Below the pieces are notes generated by a model, which saw only the letters and a program-made list of their open reading frames with translations, was not told where the DNA came from and made no database searches. This document shows, in pieces, positions 1-12,444 of a DNA stretch of 64,000 nt; position 1 is the first letter of the stretch; each line of letters opens with the position of its first letter. The stretch is from Toensbergia leucococca (Eukaryota), in contig JALDZS010000127.1 in the NCBI GenBank assembly GCA_022813965.1, positions 1 through 64,000 of the forward strand, in the 5' to 3' direction. Both the position numbers and the translations under genes were made by a program.

Positions 1-265
1 TTCGCAAAGTTGTCATGACTTTCTTTCTGTCTGCTCAACACCTATATAAGCCTCCTGATACCCTCAGGTTTTCCTACTCATACAGCATTCCACACAGACT
101 ACAGACAGACAAACATACGGACAGCAACAGGCAACAAACAGCAGAGATTCCAAGCTTCTTTCATATCCGACTTCCAAAGCATTAGGAACAACCCAAAATT
201 TGTCATCAATAATCTCTTCTTCTTCATAAAATCATTAGACCACTTAGAAAATCTCATTACCCTTC

Positions 266-763
266 ATGCCACCTAGAAATCGCTATGCGCCCCTAAAAAC
301 CCCACTTAGAAATCGCTATGCGCCAGCACCAAAGTTCCCAGAAGAAGATGAGGAACAGACTAAAATAAAAGAAGACCTAGAGAAAAAACGTGAAACCCTA
401 CTTGCACAAGAGCAAGAGGAGAAAGCACAAAAGAAAGTAGAAAACGAGGAAATTAGAAGAAGACGGAGAGAAGAGCGAGAGGAGGAACCGGAACGGAAGA
501 AAAAGGCGAAAGCAGACGATGCGGCGAATTGGGACGCGACACACCCCGCGACTAGCAGCAAAGACCAGGACGATAGAGGGTATGGAGAAGGAGGCCTTCA
601 ATCTCCCAAATTTCCCTCTCACTCACCTGAACCCGGGGCTAGCAGCAAAGACCCTGACCCTCATCCTCCCCTATTCTTCACACGTGAAGGAAAGCCCCTG
701 TTCGAAGGAAGGTTTATGCGGAGAGCAAGTGAGAGAGATTCACCAGATTCATTAACTGACTGA
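266..763 (+). CDS. Hypothetical charged low-complexity protein with short internal repeats
   Basis: 165-aa ORF, TATA-like tatataag near 43, duplicated RNRYAP and SSKD motifs, E/K/R-rich helix; no recognisable domain. Confidence 0.4.
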   Translation: MPPRNRYAPLKTPLRNRYAPAPKFPEEDEEQTKIKEDLEKKRETLLAQEQEEKAQKKVENEEIRRRRREEREEEPERKKKAKADDAANWDATHPATSSKDQDDRGYGEGGLQSPKFPSHSPEPGASSKDPDPHPPLFFTREGKPLFEGRFMRRASERDSPDSLTD

Positions 764-1001
764 GGGTGCTTGTTACTACGGAGTATCACTCAAGAAGAAG
801 CGACAAGGGGAAAAAGTTTGCCAAGACTTTTGTAACTGCTTTTTATTTTGCTTAGTTAAAGCGTGCATAGTACATGTTTTCATTTTTTTTATCTGACAGT
901 TCTGACATTCTTGTTCTTCAGTTTGTTTTTTGTTGACAAATTTCTGTATGCTTTTTTTCAAAGGCGTGCACTGATTGAAGTATTCCTTTCCTGAAACTCC
1001 G

Positions 1002-1551
1002 TATGCTGTTGAGTTTTGATAAATAGTCTCTTCTATTTTGTTGTCTTTATCTTCACAATACAGTACATCTCTCTCTCTCTCTCTAAGAATGCACATACAA
1101 CCTCAAATCTACTAAATATTTCTTACCTTTTAAAAGTCAAAGAAGTCATTTATGTAAAAAAGCTGCTCTCTCTATCAAAAGCTACATCAGAAAAAAAAAC
1201 ATCTCTCTTCTCACACAAATAAAATATTATTATCTGCAGGAAGGACAGCTTAAATCTTAAGCATTACCTTAATCTCTGTCTTCTTATCATCTCACTTTTT
1301 ATTAATGAACAATCTTTTTTTTCTTTTACATTTCTCTTACTTACAGCCTTCTCTTTGCTTGAGTCAAAATTAGTAATTAAAATAGTACATTCTCTCTTTC
1401 TCTTTTTTCTCACTACTCTCAATTCTTCTCATCAACCCTCAACCCCCAAAAATAAAATCAGAAAAAATCATAATATTCTGACCCCTCAGCTCTCTCATCA
1501 CCCCCTTAGTCAAACTCATCAACTCAATAACATCAAGTAGGTACCTTAAAA
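1002..1551. other. AT-rich CpG-free tract, likely mutated repeat relic
   Basis: No CG dinucleotide seen between about 1002 and 1551; abundant TG/CA/TA and a (CT)n run. Confidence 0.55.
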
Positions 1552-2236
1552 CGCAAATGTAGCCATAAATAAAAACTCATCACAATTTCTCATCACATCA
1601 TTTACACCCGATTCTTGACCCTCTTTAGCAATGCTATTTACCTCTGCAAACTGCGTACCATTTAGTAGCAAAAATAATCTAGGAAAATTCTTCATGATTT
1701 TGCACCTCCTTTTTGACTCATTTTCGGACCTCTGTTTCCTACCTATCTACCTACTCACCTACCTTATCTGTTATACATCCTTACTCTCATCTGTTACACA
1801 CTCTCACCTCCATCAGTTGCGATCTAAATTCTCACCTTCATCCGGGGCGGAGGGTAGGGCTGGGGCGAGGGAGAGGGCGGCGAGGCAGAGGGAGCAAGCA
1901 GGCTGGCGAGGTGAAGGGGGATCGTGCTATTCAGGCGAATGGTGGGCTGTTTACAGCGTTCAGGATGTAGATTATTCGCAAAATTGGGATGTTTTTGCGC
2001 CGGGATCTGGTCATGATGTGGTACAAAGGCATGCTTTTTCTTTTAGGTGATTTTTTGCTACTAAATGGCACGCGATTGGGGGAGGTAAATCACATGCAAA
2101 AGAGGTCACGAATTGGTGTGCAAATGTGGTGAGAAATCGCGATAGTTCCCTGCGCCGTACTTGAGATTATTGCCTAATTGAGTTTTATGATAGGGGGGGG
2201 GAGTCGGGTTATTGAAATGGGGTGTCAGAACATTAT
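1470..2236. mobile_element. Degenerate foldback/MITE-like non-autonomous element with long inverted arms
   Basis: ataatattctgacccc (1470) vs reverse complement of ggggtgtcagaacattat (to 2236); exact 17-nt inverted match ccatttagtagcaaaaa 1658-1674 / 2052-2068; imperfect arm similarity over about 250 bp; no transposase ORF. Confidence 0.7.
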
Positions 2237-5200
2237 TACTCAAGATTTAAGGAGAGAGTTTAAGAGTTTGATTGAGATGAAGAGTAAGAGCAAGAGTGAG
2301 AGATGGGAGAAAGATATGAAGATATGAATTGTGTTTCTGAGAATGTTGAGAAAGGGAGAAGAAAAGAAAGAGAAAGAGAGAGAGGCGGTCAATTACTGCA
2401 TTTGCTTTTTTTGTTTTTTTTATATAAGAAAAGAGAGAAGAGAATGTTTTGAAAGGCTGAGGGAATGTAAATGTGAGTGATTACTAAAACACATACAACT
2501 CACATGAATAGAATTGATCATAATGAGTGAGAATAAGACGACAAACACAGAGGGGGTGAAAGATGAGAGTGGAGGGGAGTAGCAGGAGAAAGGAGGACGG
2601 GGATAGAGTAGGTGCGAGAATTATGGCTGACTGAGGTGGATTAGTTGGATTGGATTGGGATAGACTTGACGATCTCGGAGGCAGGACTTGGAATTTTGGT
2701 GGCAGGAAATTGAGGTGATGCTAATGTATTTATTTTTCACTATGCATACGTTGCGCCCTTGTGGGTATGTGCCTCTTTGCCTGAATTTGGGAGGGGCGGA
2801 GGGGAGGGGGTCTGTGTGTATCAAAGGGGATGCTCGACCTACCCATCTCCCTTTTTGTTCTATTGCGTTGAGAAGATCGGCTTTGACTTCGTTTTACGTG
2901 CGTGCATGCTGGGATTTTTCGCACACGGCGTTGAGGGGTTGTCATGAGTTAGTAAAGAATTGGGAGGTTATCTTGTCAGATATTGGCATGGTTTTCTGTC
3001 ATTTGTTACGTGTAGTGATGAGTAGAGGAGCTCACAAAGTGATATTTTAGTCTGTGGAAAACTGCTCGTGCGACGGAGGCGTAGGTCGGGTATGAATCTC
3101 TTAGACGTAAAAACTGCGTTTTTGTATGGCACGATTGAGTACTTTGAACTCGAGCCATGCCAGGGATTGGGCTCATTGATGCAATTTGACTAGAGGTTTG
3201 CAGCTAGGATTTTTTCAGTGCCTGCAAAGACAGGAGCTGTATGCAGCTCGCTAAGTCCTAGGGCTAGATCACGTGGTGGTCCCATGTTGGAATCGTGGCA
3301 GAGCAAGATAAGGGCAACACGAGGGAGTTGATAGCATGGCTGATGATTTTGCTAGAGCTCAGTGATGCAGTGACCTTTGCACAAGGTGTACAACAGGCGC
3401 GCCTGACACATTTCTGCAGATTCGCTTTGCCGATCGTAGAGGAAACGGGATTAGAAAGGGTCAGGTTGAACATCAAAAAAGATGTCGGTGCTTACTCCGT
3501 ACTTCTGACCACAATGCAAGACTCAACACAAGAGGCAACGGCCCAGCTGCGGGTGTGCATATTGCTCAGTTGAGCGTTGAGCTTGCATGACTGACCAGGG
3601 AGCCAGGCTCCCATTTGATCGCAAGCTGCAGATATGTAGCTAGCTGAGACTAAGGCAGCTGGACCTCAGCTGCGTTAGCCCTTCTCTCCCGCATAAACAT
3701 TTGATAGCCGTTTTAGCGGCGGCCCCACGTTCCGAGCCGGCCGAGACAACGACATGCATCCAGGCTGAAGACGTGAAAGAGTGGTACGGAAAGTGGTTTG
3801 AGTACATTCGGCCAAGGAGTAAGAGTTCATGTGCTCCGCAGCTGCATGCCATTACGCTTGCATACATTTTCAAATGAAAGCCTTCTGAACCCCTCTTCCT
3901 CTTTCTAGCCTTGTCCAATAGACACTGTGGCATGGATAGAGATATTCGATTCATGCGCTAGAAACCTAGCCCTCGCCATTAAGCTTGAAATCCTATTTGG
4001 TCATCTATGAGTATCGTCAAGCTTATGCCGGCGCAGTATTAGAAAGAAAGTGTGCGTCTTCGAAAAACCGGGATGCATCAACAACGGAGTTAGACCCTTA
4101 GAATATGGACGAATGCACGGCGAGAAGGTCAAGCTCCCGAGAGGCGTGCGCATCCAATCATGACGATTTCCTTGTTGCCCCATAACAAAATTGGCGCCAT
4201 GGCTTGATCGGAAGATAACGATAGCTTGGTCTGAGGTGCAGCAGCAAAAGCTCTGCGATGTATGGTTAATTGATATACTACTGTAGCTCTTGAAAGAATT
4301 ATTTCTGATTTATCTTTTGAGATATTTTGGGATTTTCTTGATATTCATGATATTGAGATAGACAACTCAACTGAATAGAAGCCTATGACGGATGTACCAA
4401 AGGCCGAATCCTCGACAGTATATCCGAAGAAACTATTCTGCGAGATGTACTATCTCCAATTGAATAAGGAGACTGTGCCTCTTTGGACCTTCTCACGCCT
4501 TCCGAAGGTCGAGAGGTCGACGAGGCTGCTTTCTGGACTACAAAGACCAAATGAGTAAGTTGTTACCGATGTCCTTGGTTCGATATTTTAGCAGTGACTC
4601 AAGCAGAAAGCCACCGCGGTATAAAAGTTGGTATGCTAGAATATCCTCCATGGGATTAGACGCATGCATTTGCGTTCGATAAAGAGCCTCGCACTAGCTT
4701 TGTTCTCGAGAAGGCTGGTTACGATGAACAACCGGCATCAATTGACAACCTCCACACAGAACGAGGAGATCAAGAAGGCGTCCAAATAACCTTCCATATT
4801 CTAAATCGAGCAATGTATTCGACTACTACCGCCACTAGCTGAGCAATCCTGGGAGAGTGCTAGCATGATCTACTACTCGACTTCCCATGGTATGTGAACA
4901 AGTAGAGATCGCACATTCGTCCACTTCGGGGACGTTGCGCGTGCAATTGCGCCAAGAGTCTCTGGAGACGAGTTTTTCGAGATTGACAAAGGGCTTGGAC
5001 GAAGTTTGAGGTTAACGAAGGTGGATTTCTTAATTCTTATCGTCTAGATACAAGGCCTAGACCATATGAACAGAATGACCTCGAAACGATAGACGAAAAC
5101 CAAGCTTCTTGGGTAGATTAGACCTTTGCCGTACTCTGGAAGTGGTTTTTTGATAGCAGTAGTCGTTCAAGGCAGGGCGTTGCGCTTGACAAGATAATCC

Positions 5201-5483
5201 TCTCGGAGCAACTTTAGGAGCAATTAGTAGCGTTTAAAGCTTTGAACCACCAGGGATCCTCCTTTCGACAAATACCCTCCCTCTCGGCGCTGCTTGTCGT
5301 CGTGTTTTTTGGGTTGCCGTAGGGCATTTCTATGCTGCAAAAGATAAAAATGCTGTTCCGGAATGTCCGAGGAAGAGAAAAGAAAGGTGTCGCCGAGTCC
5401 TGATTTAGGAGGATGGTGAATAATTTCTAGCTCCATGGAACATCATAATGGAATGATATCGCCTTGGTTCCAAAGTCGGGTTA

Positions 5484-6054
5484 TCATACATCTCGAACAG
5501 GATCATAGGCTCGGAAAGGACTTTCTCTCTTCACCTGGTCTTGATTCAATGGCGGAGATGAGGAAGCTTTCATCTGAGGCATTGCCTTGTTTGCACTTGT
5601 CACTGAGAACACGATCAACAATCATGGTCAAGGTTTCATAAGCGAGTACTTGCCTTTTAGATGCTCTTCAAGTGCGTCTTGTGCCATGTCATCTACCAGT
5701 CTTTGATGAAGATCAAATTCGATATCTCGTAGCTGGGCTCCGCGGGCACGGACTTCTTCAGTCTCTCCTAGAAACGAATTGCACGTAGCGGCCTTCAATG
5801 CAAAGGCGTCCTCGTTCACATTGAGAGTCTCGGCGTGCTGTGCCATCAGTCGTTTCATACGGGCCTTTCTCCGAGTCAGAAGGTGAGTTTGATATATTGA
5901 AGATAGGTGAGGATTGACAAACCTTGAAACCCTTGTACTGGAGGTTGGCAGCGGACATGTCTCGCTGGACGCCGGTCAAGTGGTGGACTTTGGACTGAAG
6001 TGCCCATCGTTGTCGGGCCGATCTGAACTTGACCAAGCCGTCGAGGTTAACCAT
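5484..6054 (-). CDS. Hypothetical protein, 3 predicted exons
   Basis: ORF pieces join in frame via a GT-AG intron 5865-5922 (ctgac branch) and a GC-AG intron 5603-5653; helical middle exon. Confidence 0.4.
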
Positions 6055-6367
6055 GGTGTATGATAGTCTGAATCTTGCGGAAAACGAGGGTGTCTAAGTT
6101 TCACGTGTGGGACAATGGTGGCACAGAGGGATAGTACATAGATTGAAATTTGAATCGGGACGAAGAAGTGGAAATTGAAAAATGGAAATTGGAAATCGGG
6201 TGGTGGGGCTCTTCGCCTACTCTGCATTTCCCATCAAATGATTTTAATTCACTTCACATACGGATACCTAGTACGGATAACCGTTGAACATTTTGAAACT
6301 TTCCACTTTCCCCGACTTTCACATTAAATCCACCCAGGCTACGTCATCCGCATCATCCCCTGCGAGT

Positions 6368-6471
6368 ACCTGCACACCTGCACACCTGCACACCTGCACA
6401 CCTGCACACCTGCACACCTGCACACCTGCACACCTGCACACCTGCACACCTGCACACCTGCACACCTGCAC
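6368..6471. repeat. 8-bp tandem repeat (ACCTGCAC)x13
   Basis: Perfect tandem array read directly, about 90 bp upstream of the ETR1 ATG. Confidence 0.97.
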
Positions 6472-6559
6472 CTCTCGAGTCTCGACCTTCCACATCCTTT
6501 CAATTAATGACTTGGAATATGACTAACAACGGCTTACAAGACCACGACAACCGTCACTA

Positions 6560-7839
6560 ATGGCTCCCAGACTTCCCTTCCAATCATTACGAACCATCCC
6601 GAAATTCTCTTTAACCGCCCCCCCAAACACCTCAATCCATGTTCACTGTCATCCGACGACCTCATACCCTCCCGACCGTCGACGGCCAATCTCAACTTAT
6701 GGTTACATCCAAGCCAAAGCCCTTGTCTATCCCAGCCAGGGTTCCCCAAAAGAAGTCCTCTCGTATGCTCCCATACCCTTCCAAAACCAAAACACCACTA
6801 AATCCCCCTTAGCCTTCACACACACTCCCTTGCACCCCCTCACTCCAACCTCGTAAACCTCCGCACACTCGCCGCTCCTCTCAACCCCGCCGACATCAAC
6901 CAAATCCAAGGAACCTACCCCGCTCTCCCTCCATTCACCACCACCCTCGGCACACCCACCCCCACGGCCATCCCCGGCAATGAAGCCTGCTTCGAAGTCC
7001 TTTCAGCCGGCCAATCCGTCAAGACCGTAAAAGTAGGCGATTGGGTTATTCCTGCTCGCACAGGCCTTGGCACATGGCGAACCCATTTGCAGTGCTCTGA
7101 AGAAAAGGTCATGCGGGTGGATAAGAGCGGGTTGAGCGCTACGCAGGTTGGCAGCGTGAGCGTAAATCCAGTCACGGCATGGCAGATGCTGAAGGGCTTC
7201 GGAGAATTGAATGGGGAGAGGGGTGATTGGTTTGTGCAGAACGGGGCAAATTCGGGGGTGGGGAGGGCGGCGATTCAATTTGGGAAGAGATGGGGGCTGA
7301 GGAGTATAGCTATTGTGCGGTCGCGAGAGGGCAAAGAAGGCGAGGAGCTGAGGAGGCAGCTGGAAGAATTGGGGGCTACAAAGGTCGTTACCGAGGAAGA
7401 AATCCTTTCCCGCGATTTCAGCGACCGCGTCAAGGAATGGACAAATGGCGGCAAAGACCGTGTCGGTCTAGCCCTTAACTGTGTGGGGGGCAAGGCCTCC
7501 ATATCAATGGCGCGCTGTCTCAGCTCCGGCGCCACAATGGTCACCTACGGCGCCATGTCCAAGTCCCCCATGGCCATCCCCGCCTCGATGCTCATCTTCA
7601 AAGATGTGCGGTTCACGGGCTTCTGGGTGAGTAAATGGGGGGATACGTTTCCGGAGCTGAAGCGAGGGGTTGTGGACGAGGTGTTGGGGTTGATGCGAGA
7701 GGGCTTGTTCAAGGATGGGCCGGTGGTGGAGTGTCCTTGGGGGTGGGAGAGTAAGGAGGAGGAGTTGGTGGAGGCTGTGGAGGGGACTTTGGGAGGATTT
7801 AGGAAGGGGAAGGGGGTTTTTGTGTTTGGGGATACGTAG
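6560..7839 (+). CDS. ETR1: Mitochondrial 2-enoyl thioester (enoyl-ACP) reductase, MDR family
   Basis: Basic presequence-like N-terminus; intron 6763-6812; PLNPADINQIQGTYP, GNE, VNPVTAWQML, QNGANSGVG, LNCVGG, TYGAM, GFW motifs. Confidence 0.92.
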
Positions 7840-8169
7840 GTGGATTTGGGTGGTTGATGAATGGTGTGCCTTTTGGGAGGGTGGGTTGGAGAAGCGAGGG
7901 ATGGGTATGGGATGCAGTGATGGCGTGAGGGGAAAGGGGGGAAGATCTGAAATGTGGAAATGAATATACGTTGAGGATGAGAGGGTGGTTTTCATCATCA
8001 TCACTCATCTAGCCAGTATATACAATTTCTGTAAAAATCCCATCAGTGAAATCATAAATACACCCTCCCCCCCCTTCCCTGTAGCCCTCATAAATGTGAA
8101 TAAAATAAACATGATACATGACACACAAACCCACCCCTCATCTATTCATGACCTCAAAAGCCCCAGCCT

Positions 8170-11100
8170 CTACAATCCGAGTCCAAACAGCATAGATCCC
8201 AACCCCAACCACGTTCCAAACAACACCACCCCCAACCACTCCACCCCGATCCTACCCACCCCACTATGATGCACCGTCGTAGCCTTTGCAACAGGCGAAC
8301 CGGTACTACTGGACCTCCCAGTGCCTAAACTCGAGGTAATCATCCCAGAAACAAGACTCACAGACCTCGTCGCCGAAGCTATCAACGGCACAGTCGTCGA
8401 TCCGATCCTTAATCCAGACGGACCGAGAGAGATGACGGTTCCGGAAACAGCGATGGCCGAGCCGTCGGAAGAAAGGGCGGTGCCGTTGATGACGAAGCCG
8501 GTGGGGGCGGCAGTAAAAGTATCGCCGGCGACGGTGAAGATGGATTGGGGGATCGAGGATGTTGGGAGGGAAACGGTGCTGGTGCTGATGAGGAGGCCGG
8601 CTCCGTTTGGGAGGACGGAGAGAGGTATTCCGGAGATGGTAGCTGCGGGTCCGCCGGCACTGAGAGTTGTGCTGGAAAGGATTATGTTGCCATTGGCGGC
8701 GGTCTGGATTGCTTGGCCGTCGAATGTGGTGAATCCGGGTGCGGAAGAAGGGATAGCATAGGTACTGCTACCGACGAGGAGACCAGCGCCGCTTGGGAGG
8801 ACAGAGATGACGGTTCCGGAAATTGTGGCAGCTGGTCCGCCGGCAGTCAATGTTTGGCCAGAGAGTATTACAGCACCGTTTGCGGCGGTCTGGATTTGCT
8901 GGCCATCGACGGTGATGAACGGCGAGGCAGAGGAGGGAATGGCATAGGTGGTTCCTCCGACAAGAAGGCCGTTGCCGCTCGGGAGCACAGAAACAACAGT
9001 CCCAGAGATTGTAGCTGCTGCTCCACCAGCACTAAGGGTAGTGCTGCCAGGAAGGACTATCGCACCATTTGCAGCAGTCTGGATCTGTTCGCCGCCAATT
9101 GTGGTAAAAGCGGCAGCAGAAGAGGGAACAGTGCCTAGAACAAGGAGGCCAAGACCACTTGGGAGTACCGATACCACACTTCCGGCGATTGTAGCAGCTG
9201 GTCCACCTGCGCTCAATGTAGTGCTCCCCGGAAAGATGATATTGCCATTTGCAGCCGTTTGTATCTGCTGACCAGCGATTACTTGCAAGGCCGACGTAGA
9301 TGAAAAGGGCATAGGGTAGGTGTTGCCGGCAATGACAACTTTACCAGTTCCTACTGAGACTGGAGTCCCTGAAATAAGGGCCTCATTACCAGGAGAGATA
9401 GTCGATTGTCCAGCGACTATGGCACCGTTTAGACCGGGTGAGATTTGCTCCCCTCCCACTGTCGGCGGTATTGCGGTTGCAGCAGAAATAGCAGGACTAG
9501 GTAGGGCGTATGTACTACCTCCAACAACGACATTATTGATACCAACAGCTATTGGGGTTCCCGAAACAGTGACCTGGGCACCAGGTGATATAGTCGATCC
9601 TCCAATCAATATACCACCGTTAGGAGCTACTTGGAGTGATTCGCCACCAACAAGTGGAAGAGGAGTCGCTGCCGTAGCTCCAGGAGTAGGGACAGCATAG
9701 GTTTTGCTGCCAATAATAACGTTGTTAGTCCCTATTGACACCAGCGTACCACCAACAGACGTCTGTGCGCCTGGAGGAAGCGTATTTCCACCAATAATGA
9801 CTCCTCCGTCTAATGCTAGCTGGATCTGCTGACCAACAATAGATGGTAGAGTAGCAATGGCAGAACTGGACGCGGAAAGAGCCAAAGTACTACTGCCAAC
9901 AATGATGCTGCCTGATCCCACTGACACTCCTACACTTCCAATAGTCGTCTGTACCCCTGGCAAAAGTGAAGTCCCGCCAATTATAAGGCCCCCGCCAGGT
10001 AAGGGTTGGATTTGCTGACCACCGACCGAGGGTAAAGGAATTGTAGCAGTGATTTCAGGTACAGGTATCGCCACTGTACTACTATCGAAGACGACGTTAC
10101 CGGCACCCACGGAAACTTGAGTATTTCCAACAGTGGTGAATGCGCCCGCAAGGAGTGTAGATTCTCCAATGATAACACCCCCGTTTGATGCTGGCTGTAT
10201 CTGCTGGACACCTACACTAGCTAAGGCAGGTGTGGCAGCTGGTGTTTTGATCGATAGCGCGATAGTACTGTCACCAACGACCACTACCGTAGAGCCTACT
10301 GAGACCGGTGTGTTGGCGATCATGATTGAAGAGGCACCAGGAGTGATGATTGTGCCGCCTGCAGCAACAGTCCCACTTGGTAAAATTGATACAGTCTGGT
10401 CCCCGACGGTAGCGATAGCCACCCCTTGAGCACTTCCTACAACTTCAACGCTCTGCTGGGCATAGACTGGATTTGGAGGAACTGATACATCTGAGCCACT
10501 TCCACTACCAATGGCGCCTGCTGGAGGAGCTTCAGAGGCCGTAGAAGTAGCGACGGATAGCACCGTCGTACTCTCAACAACGGCAATGGAAGTCATAGGA
10601 ACAAATTGTTGGCTGCTAGGGACTTGACTACTAGTAAGTTGATTGAGGAATGTGGAATCCAAGTTGCTCAAACTTTGTTGATCTGTTTGTACAATTGGCG
10701 GAGTCGAGGATTTTGGAGCAGCTGAACTGTCAGAGATATCCGACAGGGTATTAAAAACACTGGCCGCAAGTGCAGTGGCTGTTGAAGGGACTTCTAAAGG
10801 CACTGTACTAGACACCTGATCGCTGCTTGCGATAGGTTTCGGCACTGCAACCGGAGCATCCAGAAGAGTTGCCGCAGCATTTTGATCAGTAATGGAGCCA
10901 ACGAGGACTGAAAGCATGGAGTGTGGAGTAAGTCCTCCCCCCAGGGCGCCGCCTGAAGCTGGATCACAAGCAATAGGGATAGTAATGTCAGGTATTAAAG
11001 TAAATGTGAGCGTCATACATCCAGCCTCTGTGCCATTTTCTTCAAAGCAACCAAGACTTCCGACAGAGACAGAGCCATTGGTCGGATAATATACTTCGCT

Positions 11101-11762
11101 GGTAAGACTTTCGCAACAGGCAGACAAACCTACAGGATCGGTAGGGCAAGTTGGAGAGCTTCCACTTAGGATGGTAGAGGTAAATGATGGAGCTGTTGTG
11201 ATGGTTGAGTGGCGAGAAGTGGATAAAATGGTTGATAGTATCTGCTGGGTAGGCGAGGCAATTAATGGTGAGAGTGACGTGGCAGAGAATATAGATGTAT
11301 TGCTGTATAATGCTGTAAACCTGTTAAACAAGACTTCATAGTTGAGAGAAGACAAAGTACGTAGAGGACGAATTGTGCGGAGAAAATATAAGCTTGAGCA
11401 GGTATCATAGATGCAGTGCGGCAACACTCCAGACGCAGATAAGAAAGACTTTCTGGAAGCAATGCCGCTTTTTTATACGTGAAAACAGCAATGAAAGCGC
11501 AAACAAGGCAAGCAAGGCACCACGAGAACAGTACCCGCAATCTTAGACGTAGATTCCGGCAAATAATGAATTTACATACCAGGTCCAGAAATGGCTGGAA
11601 TCATATTAAAAACGGCAAAAGAGATAATCTTGTAGAAGCCAAGATGGCAAAGCTCAATATACTGCAGTTGGTAAAGACAGTGAAAGAGCTGAAGATGAGT
11701 AAAAACAGTGGGAGAGCTGGATGCTCGTACACGATACAAAAGGATTCCATCATCACGAGCAT
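8170..11762 (-). CDS. Large secreted Ser/Thr/Gly-rich repeat protein, probably GPI-anchored (adhesin/mucin-like)
   Basis: 1085-aa ORF with many ~58-aa repeats (GGQQIQ..NG..I.G.TL..G.....G..VSV) and a hydrophobic C-tail; hydrophobic signal exon linked in frame by introns 11595-11662 and 11313-11579 around a 15-nt microexon (5' model inferred). Confidence 0.8.
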
Positions 11763-12444
11763 GTCAATTGTCAGCTCGCACAATAGAACTAGAATACGGA
11801 GTGTATGGCACAGTTCAGCACTAACGTCGCTTTCGGCAGCAAAGAGTACCTCAGTACCTGTCATCTTGTACCAATGTAGCTTGGGGCAATGAGTACGAGA
11901 TTGTTTCGAATCTGAAAATATATTAAGGTGCGAGTGGGCGTGAATGAGGTAGGCTGTAAGGTACCTAACGGGTGGCCGAACACGGCATCAATCATCTCAT
12001 TGGTGGACCCCTGGTGGCGCTGTCGTTAGCATGTCAGCCGCGCCACAAAGCTTGGCTTAATGGAGTTTAGATGTGACATCCTGATGGCTGCAAGACGTGA
12101 GATGGATCAAATAAGAGATCTAATTACTTTGCCGATGAGCATTGATGTTTCACATTCCAACAGTCCAACAGTCTCATCTCGAAGTTTACGAGTAGTCTGT
12201 TGGCCGATATCATGTGCAAACCACCCGAGGTCTCGACGTGATTTCCCGGAGCTGTCCATCGTCTCCATCTTAGTTGGCGTCGCCGCCCATACATATTCTC
12301 CCTCGAGAAATCACCTAGTGATATGTTGAAACTCCCTTACTATTCCAGATACCCGGAATCAACACCGCAATTCCCACCCGGCAAGCTTGGTGTAAATATT
12401 GAAGACAAATGCCGACGCTTTTTTCCAACCTCCCAAGGTCCTCC

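Noticed and set aside
6368..6471. CRISPR-like array or His/Cys repeat ORF (PAHLHTCT)n
   Set aside because: No spacers, eukaryotic context; the ORF is a by-product of the 8-bp repeat.
8321..11089. Several plus-strand ORFs of 65-197 aa
   Set aside because: Antisense shadows of the repeat surface protein.
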